A stretch of DNA of 64,000 bases from Lentisphaeraceae bacterium (GTDB lineage: Bacteria > Verrucomicrobiota > Kiritimatiellia > RFP12 > DVOR01): NCBI GenBank assembly GCA_004555175.1, contig SFJE01000012.1, positions 2,961 to 66,960 on the forward strand, given 5' to 3'. The notes under the pieces were generated by a model. It was not told the DNA's origin, ran no database searches, and worked only from the letters and a program-made list of their open reading frames with translations. Made by a program: the position numbers and the translations under genes. Below are positions 24,001-26,598 of this stretch, piece by piece. Each line of letters opens with the position of its first letter. The stretch's first letter is position 1.

Positions 24001-24715
24001 CGTCACGGTGACCCCGGCAGCGGGCTTGGCGGATGCCACTGTGCTAGTTGCCGCGAACGCGCTCACGGAGAGCAACTTCACCGAGCCGACGGGCTATAGC
24101 CGCACGGTCGTTGAGGGGACCACGCTCAAGCTTTCGCGCAACTTGACGCTTGAGGTTAAGTATCAGGATGAGGCGCTGGAGACGGTGCTCTCGGATGCAG
24201 CCAAACAGCGAATCCGCGAGCAGGTCTGCAAGGTGGCCGATACGGCGGTGACTGGCACAATCGCCACGAAGATTGAGGTCCTCCACGCCGATGGCGCCAC
24301 CGTCAAGGCGGTCGATACCAGCGCCTTGGAGGGGCTGCTCACCTGCTTCAAGAATCACACCGCGGCGACGGTGGATGGGACGACGGCTAAGGTGAAGGTC
24401 TGCTACGACTTCGGCGTCTCGCACATCACGGTGGATGCCGATCGCGCGGTCATCGTGACGGCGAAGGTCGAGGGCCAGAGCGCGGAGGTGGACTTCGCGG
24501 AGGGGGTCTCCTTCTCGGTGGTCGACATGAATACCGGAATGGTCTGGTCGATGGCCCCTGGCGACCTCCTCGAGCAGACGACTGGCGAGGTGCGCTTCAA
24601 GATCCCGGCCGACCGCTTGGATGATGCCAACGATACCAACAGCCAGAAGCTCCTTGAGGACTTCATCGGCACCCGCGCCCTGCGCGTGAAGGTGACGCGG
24701 GAGGAGAGCCGTTAG
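3053..24715 (+). CDS. Giant (7,220 aa) secreted modular beta-helix / autotransporter-beta-strand-repeat (PATR-like) adhesin-like protein
   Basis: Single uninterrupted ORF with SD AAAGGAGG 7 nt upstream of the ATG. Sec-type signal peptide MKMIASLSFALPVLKRASRWGGALLLAAACLAAPLRA/QE. Pmp-like GGA/FxxN beta-helix repeats, five D-x-G-A-x-E caps each followed by an Ig-like B-repeat, and many PATR-like strings (e.g. AGTLRVTGTTGTGSTIVKGGATICGTGTV). Also an internal discoidin-like domain, nine C-terminal modules of ~430 aa, and a strong terminator right after the stop. Confidence 0.9.
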   Translation: MKMIASLSFALPVLKRASRWGGALLLAAACLAAPLRAQEVAEDPPAEVETALPVITIPAEAAEDSVVEIANGTYAPLNLLTETRTLTLRAANPGQVIIEGGNTERCATLPDNITLEGFVLQNGKARQGGGLRGGVFLNGTISNCSAVFGGGAYEAKVVNSEVIGCSAEFFGNALYGGSAFSCRIIGNHAADYGAGMAALFGTKAANCLLAENTTPCDTAGALASPVQNMLLYKNTATKGTAMTAEAMAQDVCVNGVEEAKVVTAEAGLFKDAAAGDYTLNLDHGTVNTALKDKGDSALGGFYDLLWHATDFAGRPRILGTDIDIGPYEIADTVTVTCTVIGAGEVTASAKTVQEGDTVTFTASKISGYERDFLGFYVNGELRTTKMTFSLAITNSDVIEARFQGLSATTENFATQIGALHPTLREELLLADGAYTLDANTVPDSKQITFKGTTLGGTTLSVSGDLKGAILVNATVNCTAALSNVTLHRCLVSGLTGIEHITVTSSILKTMPTSLTATLANVTVYGSGDLPGTVAAINCLVLNTDISAENFDWVGQAILPKGSDSIDAGTSLSLTPYDNLDIAGRPRSMGHAIDLGAHECFYVAMTVAAEGEYTTLTPEPGVHDYLAGDTLALAYTSSRAFLGWTLNGEALGTEVNSLVIPEESIQVLTATFQGFTLSSGAAFPEGATSKDTITLGEGSYNWEGVSTEAKIVGTGTQSEVTITGSITGGRFEAITLNATLTNATLNRCLVKGGMLTNCTVANSVIEAATLTGGTYVNNTVLSGITLPSGAVNTRTVSAVQADYTPAVTDTTVVDSGSELNDYQKTLVGDLDYYGNPRVNNVRIDLGAAEYVWSPYTVTIAVVGHGLVEPRGAVEVVRGQSLTFTAKEDPKHTRGTPVVTVGSEELSGTDSHYTYTPTADNTVITVTFTGLAVGERERYKTISAAIAEAQDGETITVQAGTYLERVDVKTKKLRIVAAEADATKTIIDANHEGRAVTLNENSEIIGFTIINGAASEGAGVRGGTVRRCIIHDNTLTYNGFGGGVYGAFAESCLIYNNGSATQRSSGGGASNSELLNCTVAANAAEKGGGLYDCTAKNCVIALNTDLTGTASDWAGDSIEPAPDDCCTPTTGGITVEANKIFVRPESADFRLREGIACLNAAAADERLSALDVFGTQRPYGTGTDMGAIEWNAPDYVVTLSFNSRSQATMVVNEGDSTAQTYTCAWNGSLAARTFTVPRFKADGTTRTEIKLTWTKATGSATVRDLSGILLDGGTLSGSSAAADAAGFTWQVTSENTVNVDLSFQAESLTVAPGGKLSQALDDATPGETIKLQDGDYNLAVSVGEGVTLEGTGSSSLLQGATLADGAILKGVTVTGAPVVGPETGSATLLHSIVTGVTDGAGAVKQNVVVKSSLIHNNAAGLGANVTAYLSTVADTDGTALAATAKAYGCAIWRYSRLAETGAEIVDCWAGIEPGFLAPAPEGEDYHLSAHSELIDAAGTAQWPGFTEADRALTDLAGQPRNLLQGYDCGAYEYQGTATVTDWTWFGSAASMDGDLAGAGWRQMTLGSAHALPANVAAVWADRNGYPEANVRADAPLTLSALTIKTVNTCFALLQGSEAGRVTVTGTLMKSAASSLVLAGPLTVQGGTTLSAGTVTVAEGADIKAANVTLNGSTTFRQTGGNFTFGNFFYVRDTGTFSLEGGTFKGGELSLAKGSNQTALVFAGADVTLTRIETGDESGARYGDIIQTGGTVTLTGSGSGKSAPLHISHWPGSSTYSLRGGTLYVPNGEVRLGQDGTGTLSLEGGVAKIRSIGRSNGSVVLAGGTFHALESQALNYVSYKSGTESRLEVADGKKTLTFYGTTDSSNTGGLTLGPGNFVAYNTIAKRNLTLSAGTCLTLSTADGEALTDRGALNLASPYTLTVPGEGEVPVLTGTLQAAPLAVAKDLPLNTSTLVLQVKGSVSGLTSAYENCYEITTQPAEDNTEITNVYVKQILNRPASSTIPVLTVSGQTDWDTAAKWSTGSVPAATTPVIVRATETATLKMPIGGTLAQVTFDVAEGKTLTLDNYNATIAELRLIGAGTLDLGTVARLSYTNQTAFSGTMVVSHASQELKEATIKNQHLRFAVNYALGSCAGFTLAGGIEVAAEKTLTCDSSLAGGEARVEAGATVVIGQGCTNRLNFTAADGQVITLAAGTTGTNPAYLGGNVNAQNWKITDDNGTSTKGLTLTGSVTLATPPTSGKLAASALSSLTLKSGKLTLASAWAMPAGAVKAGAGRVTLPSGSSMAGSATFRGPIAFAEAKTFSVSGDLVFRDGSVIYLPIGATFSATGSLVVEPGTRVVLTGTPEATQEVDLFKSTQAGGLSISTLTEVALALENPPADKVVTLTPYLTAAGVYGYTLTLTEPNIWTGATDSNWSNAANWSNDTVPADGAAVSFPDSVDNKAVTIDTAIAPSAIRVVGNYTFSGNGPITSKPAIAQSAGEVTWNLFPKAGSYDVASGATAVISSADGYYEGRFTGDGTVRVTGTLELGASSIAFQGRFEVNQGQLALRLGAATASAGVNLVGGTLKTKVPATVSKLDLSGTSSLVLPLSAPLTVTDAFTASGTVFIAVDAIPEEAGFWLLMTLPEEAAETTFGLTTNSASDTYRAGVVQRGREVFLAVYDSTQIAWAGTGTGADKWVINTSAIEATETANKVVWFHDVDGVGEPTVSLPETPTSVMVTAQTTHFTLEGTFGAVPVTVQSGASVTLAATDMTLSTFVNDGTVTVTGTLDLTNTTFSGTGTFIAGTGGTIKVTAQQLAATTNLFKRGGGRLEVSGGNSNYTYPSGALSGGTAEGAESGELVKTGTGTLYLQPTAFNESLTIQEGSVALSGTIALKARYFKFEIYERFNDTANTQNAWNWVSWNWAPSTWLGLSEVALTLSGERLAWPEGSSIIYFDGGVLDSVVLGMGNRTSFCDGQITNLLDGNTATQFRWLDNYQYASYGQGANPRTYFVVDAGREVVFSGYDFATPTIPNQFFYKWNVSAANDLQAWHPSASDTGPTENESEIWQTIDERTLAASSSLLKANSWMTTRGYAFTNKGSGFWSSLSGPVKVSSGATFDLTSAVGNTHILEDSLTLASVTGEGTLRVPTSLNLTLDTLNIGKLQLTGSTILTQPITATSATVTTLALDSEVAQAYTDNGGVDFVLLTNCTAKPALSWPDGVPQTTTDGGTWGLVLLEEDKTLHLRLSGSKREIKATISGTKTWSDLQWTDPLGVNVSLTSPTDAIVERVVLVPEGEGATLSSMDFTQFPNLKNVLLAEAGGTLTLSDTSALTSNANVLLTVPQAATLRVTSPDALAFAKNSASNLQLNNANIRLRGAGTLLLDFADAANVLLMVGNQGLFTGNITVASGTLKFPNNSSGTGPVYNRTITVKGEKAKLATGTNTDATGWSYGSGKFIFREGATFEVYKRDTYKAPIELCGATIRLMAGATESNRGIDLYESPSTTVLAADGATAENPTVSKLTFAENASASDRIAYVRGGNWTVNVAEHARFDIEATLGADNSDRTLIKAGAGEMVLATTVNNCLNTLINAGTLRVTGTTGTGSTIVKGGATICGTGTVRGTISFASGGLLAVDPAVVEPLTISRFAQTTSWANITLTGTPTQTFPILRATAENFKLLTDYFKTDEAFPTNDYSLVVVDNVLYAKKILKQGDQVVEAPTSLQATVPSGTTNWSELTWTTDSSTEVDAEAIDWWQVKSVSLTAAEGAVDATVDLDLPLYNVQTLTLAGALTLTGNEGNRLNGCTLALTNGATATINGLFDGATAVSLSGNGTVTWAADHTGTLSLAAGTTLTAPAGITLSALDCTAGGTLAVDPANPYTVTAITGQATVKATGSISDGVSLLKVGSTVAVVNFALDTNFPAGYGLAVDNGTLKAVVGSEVMAVVSGAAVWESLTWTDTRGNAFTPTWSNIRAVTLKVTDSATLALPTLSLASLAIDFGETEEKSLTLNSSTSQTLPALYVLGTNGGDVLCNDGTLTLSALSASAPYVGVTAEMLSGLTSGTNTYTFASDAVLGLYCTASGSSIAGYLKAPQRGIAIRSGTLKASREDNFGGSSDNTKIRIDADATFDVDGWAITCEPTLNGGTLRNNTRRTKGNGLNTDETQRQLFNITLTADSIIDNAEMLNSVASNWNAQTLTLNSHTLTKRGNGFFGFRTASVAGDGVLNIEAGTLKLADDCTLSGNVSVQVAKGATFTLTGTRTLSAGATLTLEGTMDLAATLTGEGAVTVASGSVSLSGLTTYTGLTTVQGGATLSAASLAGSLTCETGATLKPRAIDTPLSLGGTLTATNLVIDLSAFAEQPETIPLFTSPNELTTTMVATAGRYKPAVVQMEDGTWKLSYVYRFDGDTALTWEGGATGDLADATWRADGVSGLSLLASNGMIFPADGTYTLTNNNNLLLAFPTGAVTIGANATVTLSSTREQSGLCGDVTLENGATLKLVDSFAAYAGITGSGATLEMDVSMLAVPRGDLSVGTLKLTGSTLPTGTPRETFTCTTLVFSEELVAAIEAATTQQGTILTLASAYTGNVPPACTTLPAGYALKKTEAGALVVAFTAQVVTKLYAQVSGSGAWTGLTWYTDEAYTTKPTAIAWGAVTAVTLTNTANAPVALTLPGNLTALTTMTIGSASKAITLSGATLPTLNSLTLNGPLTLDGAVISTIPASLSGTGTLTFKNAAVSSTRGDNDGSNFAYNDFTGRWVVERGATLTLAETATENQLGLLNWDSNVADSGQIEVRAGGTLAVNQKNAFGWNNVSAQKDHTVLVVDGGTVTIGTNEQHFRRKMEWHPGAVLDNQGTTFYLTRGVTMNVVAGESTAPVIFRGNAIKLKGDNACDGNANTAFVVAAGAVLQVDATIVQSNADDALTLSGAGTVLLNGANTHTQATTVAAGTTIGGTGLVTNSAVTFEEGSKLLAEGGSSVLTLNDATGRAQVVLDESVAESALPMAVLKTAETATVTLVPPADYQISSATADGVTTHTLDLIRYTALTATVDGTKGWNELSWQTPDGTPIASPRWAWVTALTLNVTADASLTLPGNFSSITSLTLPGTGTLTLSGGSLPALTSLSLSGNLTLDGAVITTIPAALSGTGTLTLKNAGEVTSSAAGGASTFAYNSFTGRWIIETGTTLNLAGGGGQYGQLAKSDVEGSGQIVVKAGATVKLSEDHVFGWKDIDAQCNRTVLVLDGGALVNNAEQYLRRTFELKNGATLSDPNGNFWLARAGRLLVSEGLATILDSGSGPKLGCDGATNGSNSTSAPSRIEVGVGATLTVEASLTDKETDHAYALALSGAGTVLFNGANTHTKATTVAAGTTIGGTGSITASSVTLHGSKILTNASGEALTLSTVTGSATIVVPEGFPTTGTTAVLKTNSTSAPTLTPPTGYVMSEATADGIKKTVYLEWMPYDSLTAEVSGTVALSALNWKTPEGTAVASPEWRFVNTVTFKGLTADATVTMDGELAETVTTLTGTGETVTLAGEMAWTVGTRTFAGNLALSRALASGTLSVATGATLTLSADNSAFTGTLNLAAGSTLRATQVSALAFAQTDGVVDFGVTTLPIMGNGVLELALPKAETLQVKSSTATPTVRFAGDILVSSGTMKFPNSAVAGNNWADAWGPVYARTITVRGERAKLATGSNTDATGWSVGTNQKLILEEGGSYELSKRDTFKTPLEMTGGIIRLMPHTEVNLNCALQIFNGQQTTVKAVNGATSASPTISKLTLEASDETGDWRKAMITNANWQVTVEENAQFYIDAVLSGDWGFVKSDKGEMVLAAENVYTGVTTINAGTLRVTGTTGAGTTTVENGAIICGSGTVKGALTFEDGAIFAADPADSLTVNGAVTAGGTVIVRLASVPTETVALLTAASLPAVSAFSAENLPEGFALVVVGNTLYAEKQTAPTLVQATVNGDAAWESLSWQTMAGTALSGTIDWATLEAVTLHISEDATLSGVPALKTDGQLVLDFTAATEKTLTLEATESRTLPAVTIAGTAGGNLLADSATFTLTSLAAASGCPYLGTSPELLGTLTASTITFSENALIGLLCSADGSSLPLGKTLKAPQQGFAIRTGTFQPVQADTFGNNTVNTKIRVDTGAALDVNGYATTCVLTLNGGTLTNTGNGVGSNSRQLANITLTADSVIETSKEINSIDHYYAVQTLTLNGHTLTKRGSATFGFYNASIVGGGGRIVVEEGTLQFIDNGSKANTISGAVTFENKGGTLTLSDAYTVAADSTLTFKGNVTVTRALTVGENAGVKIAYDGDVVPTSGLASLDTCAQVTFSETFWKAIEMKTAAMGTVFTLATSYGLSTAPYFESKTGYALEAQVTSAEGAETTTYALVLTYAGAISDVTAVQATVSRNANWSALAWKDMDGNAVTPTWGKVTSVTLTAEAAATITVDLPIATVTSLTATGSGALTLAAGTSAGFPTGTLTLTNANLTVRDLYAPAAAVTVSGTGTGSLTWELTRGVAHTGAIKTPSTVAFKTQGDMTLSSTSNYFRGSFSVLSGETVLSCGSQGGGEGATRGLEGDVTIAQGATLRLKSGDAFDYSLSTSSPQQINVLGTLAIDAKATLLPVNTLLLGEGAQVTSSLDTLALDFYGANVPIKVTGPGAVIDAKIGAHDANKSATATFSQGASLELRSALNSTSFSLTTALANAASEGTLILTGAQSGTGTLRVGDGVILAGSGSWGDAVIFEAGAKLLVDPAAEAPLTLNGAISDKAQVVLASTPTTPSTAAVKTTAENVTLSTGNFTAPEGYELTLSADSKTLYVTKTKKVYTSLTATVDGTVTTWSQLPWTTDGSTEATDINWAFVEEVYLTVEADVALRVDVALPKVAALYALTYSQANVTLTSTLSEAPFTALATLSTMANIDFAVGTVAKVPANIQPSLYITVRFADNLIAAVQEAVIIGTGSASCTVVFDGTNTFTAPVTVKKGATLAGSGRLAADVTFENGSAVLADGAALTVGTVTVADGATVTVTPAAGLADATVLVAANALTESNFTEPTGYSRTVVEGTTLKLSRNLTLEVKYQDEALETVLSDAAKQRIREQVCKVADTAVTGTIATKIEVLHADGATVKAVDTSALEGLLTCFKNHTAATVDGTTAKVKVCYDFGVSHITVDADRAVIVTAKVEGQSAEVDFAEGVSFSVVDMNTGMVWSMAPGDLLEQTTGEVRFKIPADRLDDANDTNSQKLLEDFIGTRALRVKVTREESR

Positions 24716-24737
24716 CCGTTAGCGGATAGCGGTTAGC
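24703..24737. repeat. Five in-phase tandem heptamers nGnnAGC overlapping the stop codon of the giant gene
   Basis: Read directly: ggagagc cgttagc cgttagc ggatagc ggttagc. The giant gene's TAG stop (24713-24715) lies inside the second unit. Confidence 0.8.
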
Positions 24738-24741
24738 AACA

Positions 24742-24772
24742 GGAGAGGCCCCGCCGGGCCTCTCCCTTTTTT
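24742..24772 (+). terminator. Rho-independent terminator of the giant gene
   Basis: Perfect 10-bp stem ggagaggccc / gggcctctcc with loop cgcc, followed by cTTTTTT. Confidence 0.85.
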
Positions 24773-24781
24773 AGGCGACGC

Positions 24782-24893
24782 AGGGTTAACCGCCCGGGTT
24801 GACCTCGGCCCCGGGGCGGGTTGGCCTTGGCCCAGGGGCGGGTTGACCTTGGCCCAGGGGCGGGTTGACCTTGGCCCAGGGGCGGGTGGGGGG
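24782..24893. repeat. Tandem 22-bp direct repeats (about 4.5 units), consensus CGGGTTGACCTTGGCCCAGGGG
   Basis: Units at 24795-24816, 24817-24838, 24839-24860 and 24861-24882 (the last two identical), plus partial units at both ends. A further partial copy ctttggcccaggggcggctt lies at 24941-24960. Confidence 0.9.
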
Positions 24894-24976
24894 AGTGCTC
24901 GCCTCGCGCGTGCGCGCGTACACCTTAACTATAGGGCCGGCTTTGGCCCAGGGGCGGCTTGTTCGCGCGGGCGCTG

Positions 24977-25005
24977 TTGCGCGGGGGCGGGGAGTGTGGT
25001 AAGAT
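24977..25005 (+). promoter_or_regulatory. Putative sigma70-type promoter of hom (TTGCGC-17 nt-TAAGAT with an extended -10 TG)
   Basis: TTGCGC at 24977-24982 and TGgTAAGAT at 24997-25005, about 35 nt upstream of ATG 25040. Sequence-pattern prediction only. Confidence 0.4.
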
Positions 25006-25039
25006 GGGGGCGTTTTATGAGATTGTTTTTGGAGGCGCG

Positions 25040-26347
25040 ATGAAGGAAGTCGGCGTTGGCATTGTTGGGTTCGGCACGGTTGGTGCCGGCGTCGTGGAGG
25101 GTTTACTCACGGGGGCGGCGCTGATTAGCCGGCGGTGTGGGGTGTCGGTTCAGTTGCGCGCGGTGGCGGATTTGGATATTACGACCGATCGCGGGGTGTC
25201 GGTGCCGGCGGGGATTTTGGGGACGGATGCCTTGGCGTTGGTGGCGCGGGAGGATATTCAGGTGGTGGTGGAGCTGATTGGGGGGACGGGGATTGCCTAC
25301 ACGGTGGTCAAGCAGGCGCTGGAGGCAGGGAAGTCGGTGGTGACGGCGAATAAGAAGCTTTTGGCCGAGCGCGGGGCGGAGTTGTTTGCCTTGGCGCGCG
25401 AAAGGGGGGTGGATCTCTACTTTGGTGCGAGTGTGGGCGGTGGTATTCCGATTATCCGGGCGCTGCGCGATGGGTTGGTGGCCAATGATATTCGCGCGGT
25501 CTATGGCATCTTGAACGGGACGTGCAACTATATCCTCACGCGGATGGCGCGGGAGGGGTCGGCCTTTGATGAGGTGTTGGCCGATGCGCAGCGGTTGGGG
25601 TATGCCGAGGCAAATCCCTCGCTGGATATTGATGGCTTTGACACGGCGCATAAGATTTCGATTTTGGCCTCGTTGGCCTATGGGGTGAGCGTGCCGCTCA
25701 ATGAGGTGACGGTGCAGGGCATTCGCGGGTTGAGCCTGGTGGATGTGCGCTATGCCGATGAGTTGGGCTATGTGATTAAGCTCCTGGCGGTCTGCCGCGA
25801 GTGCGCGGGAAAGCGGCTGGAGGTGCGGGTGAATCCGACGCTGGTGCCCAAGACGCACATGCTCGGCTCGGTGAGCGATGTCTTCAACGCGGTCTTGGTG
25901 GATGGCTCGATGACGGGCGATACGCTCTACTATGGACGTGGGGCGGGGCGCGCGGCCACGGCAAGTGCGGTGATTAGCGACATTGTCTCCGTGGCGCGCC
26001 ATGTGGCCGCCGGGCTCCCGCGCGAGGCTGAGCCGTTGCCCTCGATTGAAGCTTCGGGATATGCCCTGCAGAAGCCGGAGGATTGCGTCAGCCGCTTCTA
26101 TATCCGCCTGATGGTGCGCGAAGCGTGCGGGATGGTGGGGCGGTTTGCAACGATTTTGGGCAATCACGGGGTGAGCATCTTTGCAGCTTCGCAGCACGCG
26201 GCCACCGAGGCGCAGTGCGAGGCAGGGTATGTGCCGGTGATTATTCTCACGCAGCCGGCGCGGGCGGGGGATTTGCAGGCGGCCCTGCAGGAGATTACCG
26301 AGCAGGGAATCGTGCAGAGCATGCCGCTGAGCATGTGCATGTTGTAA
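25040..26347 (+). CDS. hom: Homoserine dehydrogenase
   Basis: MKEVGVGIVGFGTVGAGV Rossmann N-terminus, conserved NKKLLA and GASVGGGIPII motifs, and a C-terminal ACT-like region. GGAGG SD at 25031-25035. The 27 extra N-terminal residues in the track ORF (24959) are not supported. Confidence 0.9.
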   Translation: MKEVGVGIVGFGTVGAGVVEGLLTGAALISRRCGVSVQLRAVADLDITTDRGVSVPAGILGTDALALVAREDIQVVVELIGGTGIAYTVVKQALEAGKSVVTANKKLLAERGAELFALARERGVDLYFGASVGGGIPIIRALRDGLVANDIRAVYGILNGTCNYILTRMAREGSAFDEVLADAQRLGYAEANPSLDIDGFDTAHKISILASLAYGVSVPLNEVTVQGIRGLSLVDVRYADELGYVIKLLAVCRECAGKRLEVRVNPTLVPKTHMLGSVSDVFNAVLVDGSMTGDTLYYGRGAGRAATASAVISDIVSVARHVAAGLPREAEPLPSIEASGYALQKPEDCVSRFYIRLMVREACGMVGRFATILGNHGVSIFAASQHAATEAQCEAGYVPVIILTQPARAGDLQAALQEITEQGIVQSMPLSMCML

Positions 26348-26397
26348 GTTCGCCGCCGCCATTCCCGAGGGGAGGCGGCAGATGAGAGGAGTAAGAT

Positions 26398-26432
26398 GGA
26401 TAGCCGACAGCTGACAGCGGACAGCCGACAGT
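26398..26432. repeat. Five in-phase tandem heptamers (ggatagc cgacagc tgacagc ggacagc cgacagt)
   Basis: Read directly, about 50 nt downstream of the hom stop. The first unit GGATAGC is identical to a unit of the heptamer array at 24703-24737. Confidence 0.8.
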
Positions 26433-26598
26433 CGCGTGCCGCGACGGACAGGCCGGAGGGCTTGGCGGTCTATCATCCCTTCTCTGTCATCTCTCCTCTG
26501 CGAGCGCAGCGAGCAAGTTAAAGGATTTTGTCGCGCCAGGGGCTGGCTGGGCGGATGCCCGGGTGCCTTGGGCGAGAGAGCAAGGAGTTAGCGTTTAT

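Noticed and set aside
200-24672. Long antisense or off-frame ORFs inside the two large + strand genes (e.g. 200..1777 -, 1922..2992 -, 3674..6139 -, 7130..8524 -, 11555..12706 -, 15557..17515 -, 17888..18616 -).
   Set aside because: They overlap ORFs that have clear domain content. Their translations are Arg/Gly/Ala/Pro-rich low-complexity strings, typical of stop-poor alternative frames in GC-rich DNA, and I saw no SD or promoter signals.
23900-24715. A classical type Va autotransporter beta-barrel, or an LPXTG, PEP-CTERM or lipoprotein signal, on the giant protein. This includes reading LLLAAAC in the signal peptide as a lipobox.
   Set aside because: The C-terminus is hydrophilic, ends in ...TREESR, and shows no terminal aromatic residue and no barrel-like pattern that I recognise. 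In LLLAAAC the -3 position is Ala rather than L/V/I, and LRA/QE fits a signal peptidase I site better. HMM or structure checks are still needed.
24782-24893. The 22-bp tandem repeats as a second, mini CRISPR array.
   Set aside because: The units are directly adjacent with no spacers, and they bear no similarity to the I-C repeat.
26348-26598. A canonical lysine riboswitch (L-box) upstream of aspartate kinase.
   Set aside because: Only a P1-like pairing and a CUGUCA-like string are visible. The element is too short and I could not find the other conserved L-box helices. I kept it only as a generic structured-leader candidate.
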